In this document: in pieces, positions 22,180-33,724 of the stretch | How positions within the stretch are numbered: position 1 is the stretch's first letter | Layout: each line of letters begins with the position of its first letter | Source of the DNA: Mayamaea pseudoterrestris | Lineage: Eukaryota | Length of the DNA: 64,000 bases | Direction of reading: 5' to 3' | Assembly (NCBI GenBank): GCA_027923505.1 | Contig: BROI01000023.1 | Coordinates: 310,001-374,000 of the forward strand | The notes under the pieces: generated by a model | Database searches by the model: none | The model's input: only the letters and a program-made list of their open reading frames with translations | What the model was told of the DNA's origin: nothing | Position numbers and translations under genes: made by a program

Positions 22180-23331
22180 TGCTAATGTAGCAATCTATAG
22201 CTTGCATAGGAACATGGAAGCGCAAGTGGGATGTGTGATGGCCATGATGGTGCTTGTAATCGCTTGTCCTTCGGTGATTGGCTGCATGCTCAGCACGCGA
22301 CGAGCACGGGCCTGTTTCGAAACAGCTAAAACGAGTTTCATTACTCATTTATATGTTTTAATGGTGTCATTTGTGGACAGCGTTCGCGTGGCACGACTGC
22401 GGCGACGAGTCGAAACATGCATCTATCGGGTGAGCGATTGCAATGAAAGCAATGGCTGCATTGACAAAGGAGTTGTGATATCATGTTTGTCGCAGTTTTA
22501 AGCAACAGAAGTAATGCTCAATCCGCCATGACACAAAAACACCAAGCAACTGATGGAGCAGCAATGCAAGCTTGACAACATGACGCTGCCTTTCGACGAG
22601 CACTTGACAAAACATAAGAAAATTGAATGCATCGGTCCACACAAGTACGAGACCCTGATGCAGCATGATGCAGCAGGCCGGTTCAATCTGCCCCGAGATG
22701 TTGCATGTACAATTCAAGCCATGCATTACCCATCGGGTTGATGCGCGTGACGACTGAGTCAGTGGCGTCCACAAAGATGGTCGCTAGCATTGACGGAAGG
22801 TATTGACGAGCTCTGAAGTGGCGTTAGTTACGTCGAGCACCTTGACAGTTTCGCCGTGGTTGACGATGGGTGGAATGAGGATCTGGATCCGGATCCTGGA
22901 TCGTGCAGCAATGGAGCAATGAGCCTTATGCTCACGGCCATTTCTGTATACGGCCACTCCAGGTGAACCTTCGTATAAACGCCGCAGTTTAGTATGGAAA
23001 CGTCGCCCTCCTTCACGGTGGTTGCTTACTTGCTATTCGTTACTTATGCTTCAACTGCGATTTGAATTAAAATTGTCGGGTGGTTAACGGTGATATACTA
23101 AAGAACTTTAGCCCAATGATAGCAGTATCAATCAACTGGATACAAAGCTCAAGTGTTCCTTGGAGCAGTAGAGCTTTTAAGGAGGAATAACTGATTGATT
23201 GGTTTGGAACGAATAGCTAATTTTGAGCATCGCGGTCGTGTTTCGACGCGGCGCGCGCCTCGACGATCGACCATGACAGAATTCCGTCGTAGCGGAAAGC
23301 TCACCAAGAAGCGATTACAAACTCTCATACA

Positions 23332-24933
23332 ATGAACAATCATTGCTCTGCTCACGAGATCCCCAATGTCCCGAACGTGTTCATTGACGCATTTCGCGGA
23401 CAATATCTGAACAAAACGGCCGACCCTCAATCCACGTTCATTCTGACGCATTACCATGGCGATCATTACGGAAGTCTTCCCCGCGACGAAAGCTACGTCG
23501 GACCAGCCTTGATACATTGTACTCCGATTACGGCTCGACTGCTGAAAAAGATTCATAAGGTTCCGGAAGCTTTTGTCGTCGAGCATGAGTACGGCGAAAC
23601 GTGGACGACAGCAGCCACATTGCTTGACAATCCTTCCTCTGCACCAGTCAAGATCACCTTCTACGACGCCAATCACTGTCCTGGAGCAGCCATTGTCATT
23701 TTTGAACTAGCTAACGAGTCTGTTCATGTTCATACTGGAGACTTTCGATACCATGAGCGCATGCAAACGTATTCCAGATTGCGACAAGCTGCCTTGGCGA
23801 ACCGCATTGAAAGCATTTTACTCGATACAACCTATGCGCATCCGAAACATACCTTTGACGCTCAAGACATTGTCGTTGAATCTATTGCGGCGCATGTCAA
23901 GCAGCATTTGGACGGCGAAACGTTAATATTGCTGGAATGCTATAATATTGGCAAGGAAAAGATTCTCTGGGCGACGGTGAATGCATGCCAGCAATCCATT
24001 CATGTTTCGGAACGCAAATGGAATCTGCTAGAGTGCTTGACGGATGGAAGTAGCGAAGATGATTTTCGCGACGAACACAAGCATTGTCAAGTCATTCGCA
24101 TGTGCACGCGCGATCCTACACAAACTGACATTCACATCGTTCCAATGTCCACCTCTGGCGAAATGTGGCCATTCTTTCAGCCAAACTACGAAAAGATTGC
24201 CAAATATGTGGAACATCAGACGCATAAAACATATTCAAAGGTTGTATCCTTCGTTCCCACTGGATGGGCGGAAGCGACCAACTGGAACAAGAAGCATGCG
24301 TCCACCAAAATGGTCCGACGCGGATTAAACATTCAAATTCATCTCGTGGCATACTCGGAGCACTCGTCGTATTCTGAACTGCAGGAACTTGTCAAGTTTA
24401 CCAAGCCAATGCGAGTCGTTGCGACTGTTTACAAGGACGAACACGACAAACGCAACATTGAGAAGCGTTTTCAGGTGGATCGGACGAGAGCCAAGAAGCG
24501 ATTCCTCGAGCAAATGTCGGCTCGACCACTGCAAAGGAAAGCACCATCTTCATCGGAAACGTTAACGAATCTTGACCGAGATAGTTTGATGTTGTCTTCG
24601 CCCGTCGCAAAGCATTGCCAAGTCATTGTAATTGACGACGAAACCAAGTGCTCCATTCCGGATGATAGTTGCGACGACGGCAAGCTCGTCCAATTGGTTG
24701 CCATGGGCTTTTCGATAGAAGAGTCACGGCGAGCGCTGGTGTCGACACGTCAAGAAATAGAAGCCGCAATCAACATTTTACTACAAAAGGCACCGACAAT
24801 ACGGACCGCAATGTCGCCGCCATTCACAAAAGCGAAGAACAGTAGTCCGAATTCCGAACCATCCAGTTCCAAATCATTCGCCTCAACGCAGCCGTCGAAG
24901 CTAACTGCTTATTTCAAGAAAAGGGAGAAGTGA
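23332..24933 (+). CDS. SNM1/PSO2-type DNA cross-link repair nuclease (metallo-beta-lactamase plus beta-CASP) with a C-terminal UBA domain
   Basis: LTHYHGDHY, DANHCPGA, HTGDFR, LDTTY, YNIGKEK, PTGW and YSEHSSYSEL motifs; UBA-like LVAMGFSIEESRRAL...AAINILL. Confidence 0.92.
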   Translation: MNNHCSAHEIPNVPNVFIDAFRGQYLNKTADPQSTFILTHYHGDHYGSLPRDESYVGPALIHCTPITARLLKKIHKVPEAFVVEHEYGETWTTAATLLDNPSSAPVKITFYDANHCPGAAIVIFELANESVHVHTGDFRYHERMQTYSRLRQAALANRIESILLDTTYAHPKHTFDAQDIVVESIAAHVKQHLDGETLILLECYNIGKEKILWATVNACQQSIHVSERKWNLLECLTDGSSEDDFRDEHKHCQVIRMCTRDPTQTDIHIVPMSTSGEMWPFFQPNYEKIAKYVEHQTHKTYSKVVSFVPTGWAEATNWNKKHASTKMVRRGLNIQIHLVAYSEHSSYSELQELVKFTKPMRVVATVYKDEHDKRNIEKRFQVDRTRAKKRFLEQMSARPLQRKAPSSSETLTNLDRDSLMLSSPVAKHCQVIVIDDETKCSIPDDSCDDGKLVQLVAMGFSIEESRRALVSTRQEIEAAINILLQKAPTIRTAMSPPFTKAKNSSPNSEPSSSKSFASTQPSKLTAYFKKREK

Positions 24934-25341
24934 CGGTAATTTATTGTTCCTTGTTTATGTTGCGTCGCATGTAGCAACAAGTTTGACGCATCTACCCGAG
25001 CTTACCAAATGGCACAACGAATTTACAAGTACACACGTATTTACACTGGCACGATATCGATATTGGGTACAAGTAATAAGAAAGGAACGTCACGGGCACG
25101 GATCTTGAAGTAATTAATTGATTGACTAATTACACCGAGCATCTGCAACCGGTATACCGGTACCTATGTGTCACGGAAAGGCTATGCAGTAGTTCATTAC
25201 GTATTACGTTTCTTCACCTGCACCAGTTCTTGTAGCAATGGCGACGCTAGAGCGCAAACTGCATGCAAACATTATGTATTGCAATGATGCTGACCGCTAG
25301 CTAGCAGAACTCCCGGTAAAATCGCCCATCAGCATGTCTAC

Positions 25342-27354
25342 TCATCGTTGCCTATCTCTTCGCCGCTTACTTGCTGGAGCACCTGTACGTTTCAGCTGGG
25401 CAATGAGACGTTGCTTGCGTGCTTCTCTGCCACCTATTCCAGTACCCACTCGCTTTGAAGCCGGTTCATAAGGATTGGATGATGCACTTTTCTTGACAGC
25501 CATGCGTATCTCCATTCCAAACATTTCAAACGTATCTTGAAAGTGACGAGTCAAGTGGCGTAAGTAGCTGTCAGGCAATGTTGCCGTATTACAAAAGAGC
25601 AAGAACGTAGGTGGTCGCCCCTTGGTTTGCATGACATACTTGATGCGCGCCTCTCGGCCAGACACTCGTGGAGGAGGCACTGCTTCAAGAACGTCTGCAA
25701 GCCAGCGATTTAGTCGACCAGTAGAAATTGTTTGCTCCCAGCGTTCACGCGCACGAAATACAACGGGAACAAGATCTTGAACACATTCTCCAGTCAGCGA
25801 GCTCATTGCAACAATGGGAGTCTTCCGAAGCATTGGAAATCGCGCTTCAAGCTGATCGCGCACACCCTTTTCAAAATCAGACTTGTCATAGCCTTGCTCT
25901 AGTATGAGATCCATCTTGTTTGCGGCAACGACGAGTGATCGTCCTTCCTTTAAAACGGCATCTGCAATGGCCAACTCCTGTCGATGCAGCAACCTCGAGT
26001 CAGCGTCAATCACCAAGACTGCCACATCGGCAACCTTCATGGCGCGCATGGCATCATCCACTGCCATGTCTTCAATCTCATCTCCATGTTCTCGTCGAGA
26101 ACGTTTTCGAATACCTGCCGTGTCAACAATTTGAACTGGACGACCCTGCCACGTCCATTCAACGGCAATGGCGTCGCGCGTCAAACCAGCCATGGACCCG
26201 ACAATGACTCGCTCTTCCTGTAACATTGCATTGACAAGAGTTGACTTTCCAACATTTTGGCGGCCAAGAATGGCAAGTTGCAGTGGCTTCTCTTGATGTT
26301 GATGGTCCACTAATGCAATGGCATTGTCACTGTCCATCATGCTAGACTCCAATCGTTGTCGCTTTTGACTTGTCATTTCTTCAATAATAACTGCAATATC
26401 AACCATTCCTTCCCCGTGTTGAGCAGATATTGGTAAGGGTTCGCCAAAGCCTACTCGCGTGGCTTCATGCAAGTGATCCAAAATGGGCGAGTCGTCATCG
26501 TTCCATCTCATACCCTCCAGCTTGTTGGCCAGCAAGACCACCTTGCGATTGCTATCATTTGTATCATGATTTGCATCATGTTTGTTGCCTTGACTGTTGG
26601 AAACCTTTCGAAGCCATCGCACTGTTTCCAAAAGATCCGTCGTGACGCCGACTCTTGCGTCAAACATGAGAAACACGAGCTCGGCCTGCCTTGCCGCGGC
26701 AAGCGTTTGCTTCATCATGTCAGCAATCAGCTCTTGTGCCGCCCGCTTGTGGCTCTGCATTGTTGACAGTGAGACTGATGTTGACGACGATGATGACAAA
26801 GCCGCCATGGATACGGAAACATCCAATCGATCACCATCAACGCCAGCCGTGTCGAGCAATCGAAAGTAAGTGCCTCCAATCCGTCCAATACACTCGCGTC
26901 GATCTCTGGTTGTTCCTGGAACTTGACTCACAATGGCGCCACCAGCAGTGCTAGTGGACGTTGCCGTTCCTTGGAGTCGACCGGTTCGTCGCTTGGTCAC
27001 CTTCTTGTCGGAGGATAGTTTGTAGACCTTGTTGATTCGCTTGTCCAAGAGTCGATTGAACAGCGTGCTCTTTCCCGCGTTTGGTGGTCCCAGCAAGGCT
27101 ACTGTAATGAGTGACGGGTCTCGTTGAATGGATGATGTAGTAGCTAACGACGACGATGCGCTGCTAGAAACGTATCGTTCCACGATGCCATCGTTCCATC
27201 CTGCGGCAGCAGCAACGGACACCCAGTTGGGTGCGATGCGACGGCAGCAGCAGCTCTGACACAATTTACCCCATGATTTAGCAGCAATGGAGTTCATCAA
27301 GCATTCCGAGGAGTTGCAGTCAAATTGAGATGGAGTAAATTGAACGGCCGCCAT
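25342..27354 (-). CDS. der: Organellar ribosome-biogenesis GTPase Der/EngA (two tandem G domains plus KH-like tail)
   Basis: GPPNAGKSTLFN, PGTTRD, DTAG, NKLE in domain 1; GRQNVGKSTL, GLTRD, DTAGIRK, NKMD in domain 2; then PPTF. The ORF-track N-terminus comes from the adjacent repeat, so the start is placed at MAAVQF. Confidence 0.93.
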   Translation of the reverse strand: MAAVQFTPSQFDCNSSECLMNSIAAKSWGKLCQSCCCRRIAPNWVSVAAAAGWNDGIVERYVSSSASSSLATTSSIQRDPSLITVALLGPPNAGKSTLFNRLLDKRINKVYKLSSDKKVTKRRTGRLQGTATSTSTAGGAIVSQVPGTTRDRRECIGRIGGTYFRLLDTAGVDGDRLDVSVSMAALSSSSSTSVSLSTMQSHKRAAQELIADMMKQTLAAARQAELVFLMFDARVGVTTDLLETVRWLRKVSNSQGNKHDANHDTNDSNRKVVLLANKLEGMRWNDDDSPILDHLHEATRVGFGEPLPISAQHGEGMVDIAVIIEEMTSQKRQRLESSMMDSDNAIALVDHQHQEKPLQLAILGRQNVGKSTLVNAMLQEERVIVGSMAGLTRDAIAVEWTWQGRPVQIVDTAGIRKRSRREHGDEIEDMAVDDAMRAMKVADVAVLVIDADSRLLHRQELAIADAVLKEGRSLVVAANKMDLILEQGYDKSDFEKGVRDQLEARFPMLRKTPIVAMSSLTGECVQDLVPVVFRARERWEQTISTGRLNRWLADVLEAVPPPRVSGREARIKYVMQTKGRPPTFLLFCNTATLPDSYLRHLTRHFQDTFEMFGMEIRMAVKKSASSNPYEPASKRVGTGIGGREARKQRLIAQLKRTGAPASKRRRDRQR

Positions 27355-27387
27355 GGTCGAACGCGACAACTCGCAGCGGCATTCGGG

Positions 27388-27653
27388 AGGCAATAGTATA
27401 AAACGAGTGCCAGTGAAAACTGCGTCATAAAGGCGTAAGTAGGAAACGAGTGCCAGTGAAAACTGCGTCATAAAGACAATTGTGGGAAACGAGTGCCAGT
27501 GAAAAACGAGTCATGAGGCCTTAGTATGAAACAAATGCCAGTGAAAACTGCGTCATAAGGCAATAATATGAAATGAGTGCCAGTGAAAACTGCGTCATAA
27601 AGGCTTAAGTAGGAAACGAGTGCCAGTGAAAACTGCGTCATAAAGGCAATAGT
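27388..27653. repeat. Tandem repeat family B, array 1 (six 42-43-bp units)
   Basis: Core consensus AAACGAGTGCCAGTGAAAACTGCGTCATAA starts at 27401, 27444, 27487, 27529, 27571 and 27614. The array starts and ends with AGGCAATAGT. Confidence 0.95.
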
Positions 27654-28095
27654 GTGACATCGCTGAGCGATGCGCACTGCCTCATGTTGGGAGCAGAAAA
27701 TGAGTACGACAGCCTTACTGTTAATTTCCTGCAAAGGCTCGGCGTATGTTTTTGCTACTTTTAATGCCTTCGTTTGTCGCTTTTTGTCGCCATGATGGTT
27801 ACACAGTATGCTTGTCGACTCGAAACGTGAAGGCGCTCGTCTTCCGCCGTATCTTTGCACCAATTCTTGCCGAGCAGGCATTATGCTTAACCATTCCGGC
27901 GCACCGTGATGTTTGGAAGTGCTCACGCTCACGTTGAAACAGGTAGCGAATGGATGATGCCAATTTAATACCCATTCATTGCTTTGCGTCCCTCGAGCAA
28001 CGCAAACGCTGCAGGGCATCGCCGTCGCGAGGCAGATAGGAAAGCATCTTTGCTCCGTCGTCGTGCATTCTTGCATCAAAAGCATTCCAGATCCA

Positions 28096-29199
28096 ATGTT
28101 GAATAGCGTTAGCTACTGGGACGACCGCTATCGGCAGACTGCGGAGCAGTAAGTTGATTCTCGATTCTTGATGCCATGCAGGAGATTTTGTGTTTTGACG
28201 CTGCGCCTCAAGCCTCAACGACATGACTCACTCATGCACCATTGTCTCTCATACAACGTACATACCGGTAGACCTCCCTACGACTGGTATTTAGGGTACT
28301 CGAGCCTTCGTCATTTGCTCAATCCCATTCATTTCTCGGCTCTTTCCTCGGGCAAGATTTTGGATGGTGCCTTGCTCCAGCCTACTGCGCCACCGTCGCT
28401 ATTAACCTTTCCGTCGCGCGAGAATTGCCGGACGCTGATTCTGGGATGCGGCAATTCAGTGCTTGGAGAGCAGATGCAGCGCGATGGTTGGACCGGCCCG
28501 ATTGTAAACGGTAGGCGAAAAACATGCGAGAGTGTATGGCTCGACACGGCTTGCCTAACACGTTTCATTCCCAGTCGACTTTTCAAACGTTGTTATTGAA
28601 CAATTAAAGAACACTTACAATGATGCGTTCTACCTTACATTTGAGACGAACCAACGTATTCGTCCGCAGCCAATGTCGTTTGTCTGTGCAGATGTCACGG
28701 AACCATTGGAATTTGACGATGGATCGTTTGACTTGATTGTCTGCAAGGCAACGCTGGACGCAGTTCTTTGCGGACCTGGATACAAGGCGACGGCAACGCG
28801 CATGATTCAAGAAGTGGCTCGCTTGTTGGCACCCGAGCATGGAGTCTTCTTCTTGGTGACGAATGGAAAGTCGGACGATCGTATCGAATACTTGGAACAC
28901 AAGACGCGGATTGACCATTACTGGGAGAGCGTTTTTTGTCATTGTATTCCGGGCACCCGAGTGGGAGGGACACGGTGAGTGCTCAATATAAATGATTGGC
29001 ACTTGTACTGCGCTGTTTTTATTCCTGAACGCAACCAATTTGCTTGCATTGTAGAGGCCATGATTACTACGCGTATGTATGCCGTCGTCGGGCTGGTGAA
29101 AGTCCAATCGCCAATACACTGTCTGAAAATGGACCAGATTGCTTTGCAAGTTCGCTGGAAGCTGTAGACGAGGATCAAGAGAATCGAGTGGAAATGTAG
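28096..29199 (+). CDS. EEF1AKMT4/METTL13-like class I SAM-dependent methyltransferase; approx. join(28096..28148,28272..28510,28575..28974,29055..29199)
   Basis: YWDDRY, YDWY, ILGCGNS, VDFS, ADV, FDLIVCKATLDA and terminal YYAYVC are joined in frame by three GT-AG introns. The 5' start is uncertain. Confidence 0.85.
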
Positions 29200-29708
29200 A
29201 AGTTGGAAAGCTTCTAGCGGCCTCATGGTCGTTTGTCAAAAGTGTGGACCTATGAGCGCCCTTTTCTCACGAGTCTCAAGACAAGAGGGTGAAATAAAAG
29301 TAATCTATAGCAAGACTGCTACTTATCTGTATCTTGTCTAATAGGTTACTGTATGACTGCATCTGCTGGTACATTCGATAATGATGGTAGCTCGAGTGAT
29401 GGGATATGAGTGTGAAACCGATACGACAAGCCTTGGCTGACGCTCATTTTTTCGAAAATTCGCCTCCACCAAAGCCATTCGTTTTCTGGCGGGATCTCGC
29501 TCGTTACAGCTAACCAATAGAGGTTATAACAGATTGAATAGCGTCTCTATGCACTGCGAAATAGTATTGTCCTCTTGAACATCGTTTGTCGAACACTGAC
29601 GAAAATTGGCCATCAATTTTCCCTCATTGGAGCTGAGCGACATTTCCCTCCGATCGCCGCACTCTTGCCTATTTTGCCTGCAACTGAAAGATAAGCAGAC
29701 TCAACGGA

Positions 29709-30067
29709 ATGGCTGAAACTGCTGATCTTTCTAATAAGAAGGATGAAGGGCTGGTAGATTCTGTTTTGATCGGAGGATTGAACCACAGTTCACCAGCGCT
29801 TTCGCAGCAACATGAGCCACTGTCGCCGACATCGCCACCTTCAAAAGAATTGGAAGACTTGATTGTTTCCGTCTATAAGAATAACGACGATGAAACCAAT
29901 TCAGAAACCATGGTATGGAAAGAAAAGATGTCCGCCGAAGACAAGCTATTGTGGGAGGAGGCGGTTGAAGCTATTGTCCATGGCGGCTTGATGGTGGCTG
30001 CGCAACGATCTTTTAACACGCTACTAGTACAAAAGCAAGCCGACGAAGAAGCTAGCAAAAGCTCTAC

Positions 30068-30108
<41 letters not shown>

Positions 30109-31421
30109 CTAAAGAGAAGAGTCTGCCTGGTCGTAACAACAACGGAAGTGGTACAGCAGGCCGAAAAGATAAACCTAAACGCGAGAATCGAAATCGTAAT
30201 AGAGAACGAGACAATTCGCGCCGATGGCCCCGAGATGCACATGATGAACATTCATATCACTCTCGCGGCCATTCGCCTTCACATTCTGGCCGATACGGAC
30301 GTCCGCCTCCGCAGTATGATTATCATTACGGACATCATCAACTACATCAGGAGCCGTCGCATCACTTCCGACACGACGGTCCACCTCCAATGAACTATCA
30401 TGATCGACAGCCGTATGACGACCGACGCAATTATGCGCATCTAGAGCACAACAGACGATACGATGACAAACACTACAATCATCGACAAAACCCTTCTCCT
30501 CCACCTTATCTTGACGAGAGATGGACAAGAGCTCGCGATGACGACCGCCATGAACGTCGGCGACGGGACGAGCCTCGTGAAACTGTGAGAGACAGACGCC
30601 GATCAAAGTCACCGGAAAGTGTACCACAGCCTGCGAATTTATCTTCCGTTGACAAGTTCCAAAAACTTGAGAAGCCATTGACAGAGTTGTTGCCAGTTAG
30701 AGGAAAGTGTCAAAGTCCTGCTCGAGCTAACAGTGTTGCTGATGACGGCGACGACCGACGACGAGGCAGTCGATATAGGCGCTCCAAGTCATCGGAGAGA
30801 AGATCAAGATCGCCTTCTGATCGGGACCACCGGCGCAGGCGTCGTCATGCTCGCCGAGAGGACGACGCATCAGAGGAAAGCTTTCAGAAAGGCAATGGCG
30901 ACCTTGGCGCCACTACCCAGCCAAACACGGAAGAGCCAGCGCAAGAAGCACCAGCTAATCATCGGAAAGCTGACGAAACGAGTAGGCACCGCAAGTCGAA
31001 ACGAAAGAAACATAAATCACGACGCGGTCGTAGCAGCAGCACTGAAAGTGACCGACGCGGCCGCCACCGCCACTCTTCGCGATCACGTCGGAGCCACAGA
31101 CACCGACGCAGCAGCAGAGACAGTAACTCTGATCAAAGCAGCAGTGAGGATTCTCGTTCTTCGCGTGGTGATCGACATCGATCACGAAGGCGTCGACATC
31201 GCAGTGATTCGTCAAGCGAAGAAGGAGACGGAGGAAGACACTCGGATCGAAAGCGTCGGCACAAGTCGTCACGTAAGAAGCGTAGGAAGGATCGTGGCAA
31301 GGAGAGCGACGGACATCGCGATATAGATTCTTCTTCTCAGGCTTCTGCTAATTATAAGGGCAACGGAAATAGTATGGCACCCACACATGATGAAGTCGTA
31401 CCGACTGGCAGCGAGTCATAG
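29709..31421 (+). CDS. Arg/Ser/His-rich low-complexity protein (probably nuclear)
   Basis: 570-aa ORF with RS/RD/RH-rich tracts and polyQ. No folded domain was recognised. Confidence 0.7.
30069..30107 (+). repeat. (CAG)13 coding microsatellite
   Basis: Perfect CAG run encoding Q13. Confidence 0.95.
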
Positions 31422-31565
31422 TTTTCATCCTAAATTGAATCAAATCACTCATAGAATGACATGACTAAAAGCCACTTGAATTATAAACACAAAACAACGT
31501 TTACATTATAGTTAAGAGTGAGCTCGCGAATGATAACTATCTTCGCACCACAATGACGCGCCTTC

Positions 31566-33272
31566 CTACTTGCTTAAGTACTTTGAAGCCATCATGGACA
31601 GTCGACCATCCAACTTGAGCAAAGACGGAAATATTTCAACACGCTCCTCCAGTAAATTTTGCAAAGGCTGCAAGTGCGCCAAACTTTTAACCTTATTCGT
31701 TAGCAGCAGTGTCGACAACCAAGTGCACATGTGATCCGCTCTTCCCGGCTTCATGGCCAAGCGCGTTGTTAATGCTGCCAGCAACATGGCTGCTTGCTCA
31801 GATGACAGTGCCAGACACGACTCCTCAATCACCTGTTTGTCGCGGACGAGCAAGGCAAGCTCCAACATTGGATCGTCGCCCGACTGGAGTGCCTGCTGCA
31901 ACAATTGGCTCAATGATTCGGTTGTTGCTCGCTTTGAATCGAAAGCTGGTTTGCCGTCCTTGCCATCATTATCATAAGCTTCCTCATCGGCAGACTCATC
32001 GTCCAGTGCCTGCTGTAAAAGAGCAAGCCGTTCCGCCACGGTTGGACCGTCGTCATCGTTGTCCTCGGCACCGTTTGCGTCGACGTCCATGCCGTCGTTA
32101 TTCTCATCCAGCTTGAACTTTTTCGCAGCAATGTCTGATACACCACGAGCTTCTCCTCCCTTTTGTCCCGGGCCTAAAATGCTTGGTTGCGGCTTGCGCT
32201 TTGAGCCGGACTTGGTCGTCTCATCATTAGCAGAAGCGTCTAAATCTGATTTCCATTCCAGATCCCAATCCATTGGTGTTTTGATACTCTCGGCAATAAT
32301 TTGGTCAACAGGGCGGGTCAAAACCCGAAATTCGTTCCTATCTTGATGCTTCGTAACAGCAACGAGTTGATCCGATCCCATACAGAGTGACCAATTGTGA
32401 TCATCGGCAGGGGTGCTTATCTTGCACAAAAGCCTCAAGGAAGCTCGATCTGGGTCAATAGCATACAAGCCACGTGAATAATTAAATAAGCAGGTCGCTC
32501 CATCATCAGAATCACTATCCAACGCAATCATTTGAACAGCAGAGTGAGGCGCTGAATCTCCTTCTGGCAAGTCCATCGTTCGATTCGAACCAGTCTGCAG
32601 GTTCATCACCAGCAATCGACCGTTGGATATGGTAACTCCAATGTTTTCCGCAACTGCAAGACCCGCAAAATCACCCAAGTCTTCATACTTTTGCAGCCGA
32701 CTCCCCGTATCGCTCGCCACTAGCTTTACCGCATCATTGCTGCGGACCAAAACGGACCCAAGAGCAGGTGCCACTTGCCGACAAAGCTTGCCCACCTTGA
32801 TTTTGCGAATCAACTTTTGCGTAGTCGTGTCATACAAGTGAACTTGACACTTTTTGGACGACTCGGGCGTTTGTACGAGTAGCAGTAATTGATGTTCCTC
32901 TGAAGCCGGAGCGGCATGCACAAAGGTTTGGTTTTGTTCGGCCACCATGGAGAACGCCACGACGCCTCGCGTCACATCCCAAATCACCAACTCACGACGC
33001 GTCAACAAGCAGAGCGTCGAGTCATTGACAAAAAAGAGGGCTTGAACGTCTTGCTGCTGCGACGATGCATCTTGCTTTTGTCGGTGCGTCAGCGTCATTA
33101 ACAGATTGGAATTTTGCTGCTGCTTTCCAGTGGTCGTTTGAAGTAGCAAGACCCGAAGACTGCCTCCGTTATCAATGCTGCTTGGATCCAGCACTGCCAC
33201 GACGGACTGCGAGGACGGAGTAAGAGCGGTCCAAAGCATGCTGCTGCTAGTACTTGGAGGAGACATGACCAT
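31566..33272 (-). CDS. Utp5/WDR43-like protein (degenerate WD40 region plus C-terminal Utp12 domain)
   Basis: LVIWDVTRG beta-propeller-like N-terminus. The C-terminal SLSQLLQQALQSGDDPMLE...LLKLDGRLSM matches the Utp12/Dip2 domain. Confidence 0.8.
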   Translation of the reverse strand: MVMSPPSTSSSMLWTALTPSSQSVVAVLDPSSIDNGGSLRVLLLQTTTGKQQQNSNLLMTLTHRQKQDASSQQQDVQALFFVNDSTLCLLTRRELVIWDVTRGVVAFSMVAEQNQTFVHAAPASEEHQLLLLVQTPESSKKCQVHLYDTTTQKLIRKIKVGKLCRQVAPALGSVLVRSNDAVKLVASDTGSRLQKYEDLGDFAGLAVAENIGVTISNGRLLVMNLQTGSNRTMDLPEGDSAPHSAVQMIALDSDSDDGATCLFNYSRGLYAIDPDRASLRLLCKISTPADDHNWSLCMGSDQLVAVTKHQDRNEFRVLTRPVDQIIAESIKTPMDWDLEWKSDLDASANDETTKSGSKRKPQPSILGPGQKGGEARGVSDIAAKKFKLDENNDGMDVDANGAEDNDDDGPTVAERLALLQQALDDESADEEAYDNDGKDGKPAFDSKRATTESLSQLLQQALQSGDDPMLELALLVRDKQVIEESCLALSSEQAAMLLAALTTRLAMKPGRADHMCTWLSTLLLTNKVKSLAHLQPLQNLLEERVEIFPSLLKLDGRLSMMASKYLSK

Positions 33273-33350
33273 GGTGGTGTTACAATGAATGAAACGAAAG
33301 ATCGAAAATAATGTTGTGCGAAATGGATGGCTCGAGGCACTGTCCTGAGC

Positions 33351-33724
33351 AGGCAATAGTATGAAACAAGTGCCAGTGAAAACGAAGCCTAAGGGGTTAT
33401 GTAAGAAACGAGTGCCAGTGAAAACGAAGCCAAAGGGTTAAGTATAAAACGGGTGCCAGTGAAAACGAAGCCAGAAGGGGTTATGTACAAAACGAGTGCC
33501 AGTGAAGCCGAAGCCGATGGATCATTGGGGTTATGTATAACATTGATTCCAATGGAAACGACTCCTAAGGCTTATGTATGAAACGGGTGCCAGTGAAAAC
33601 GAAGCCCAAGGGGTTATGTACGAAACAAGTGCCAGTGAAAACGAAGCCTAAGGGGTTATGTATGAAACGAGTGCCAGTGAAAACGAAGCCTAAAGGGGTT
33701 ATGTACGAAACGAGTGCCAGTGAA
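33351..33724. repeat. Tandem repeat family B, array 2 (eight ~42-bp units plus one degenerate unit)
   Basis: Core AAACRRGTGCCAGTGAA(AACGAAGCC) at 33364, 33406, 33447, 33490, 33581, 33623, 33665 and 33708. It begins with the same AGGCAATAGTAT as array 1. Confidence 0.95.

Noticed and set aside
22180..23330. Iron-responsive cis-element or small gene upstream of the ferric reductase
   Set aside because: I saw no exact CACGTG-type palindrome, only loose variants, and the short ORFs have no recognisable motifs.
27388..27653. CRISPR or guide-RNA array interpretation of the family B arrays (also 33351-33724)
   Set aside because: The variable parts are only about 12-13 bp and are clearly homologous to each other, so they are mutated repeat rather than unique spacers. 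The context is eukaryotic and no cas-like gene is present.
27355..28085. N-terminal extension of the EngA ORF and ORF 27468..28085 with repeated FTGTRF peptides (likewise the short ORFs at 33565-33953)
   Set aside because: These are translations of the minisatellite, not credible proteins.
29873..30251. Poly-Cys and poly-Leu ORFs on the minus strand
   Set aside because: They are antisense shadows of the (CAG)13 polyQ tract.
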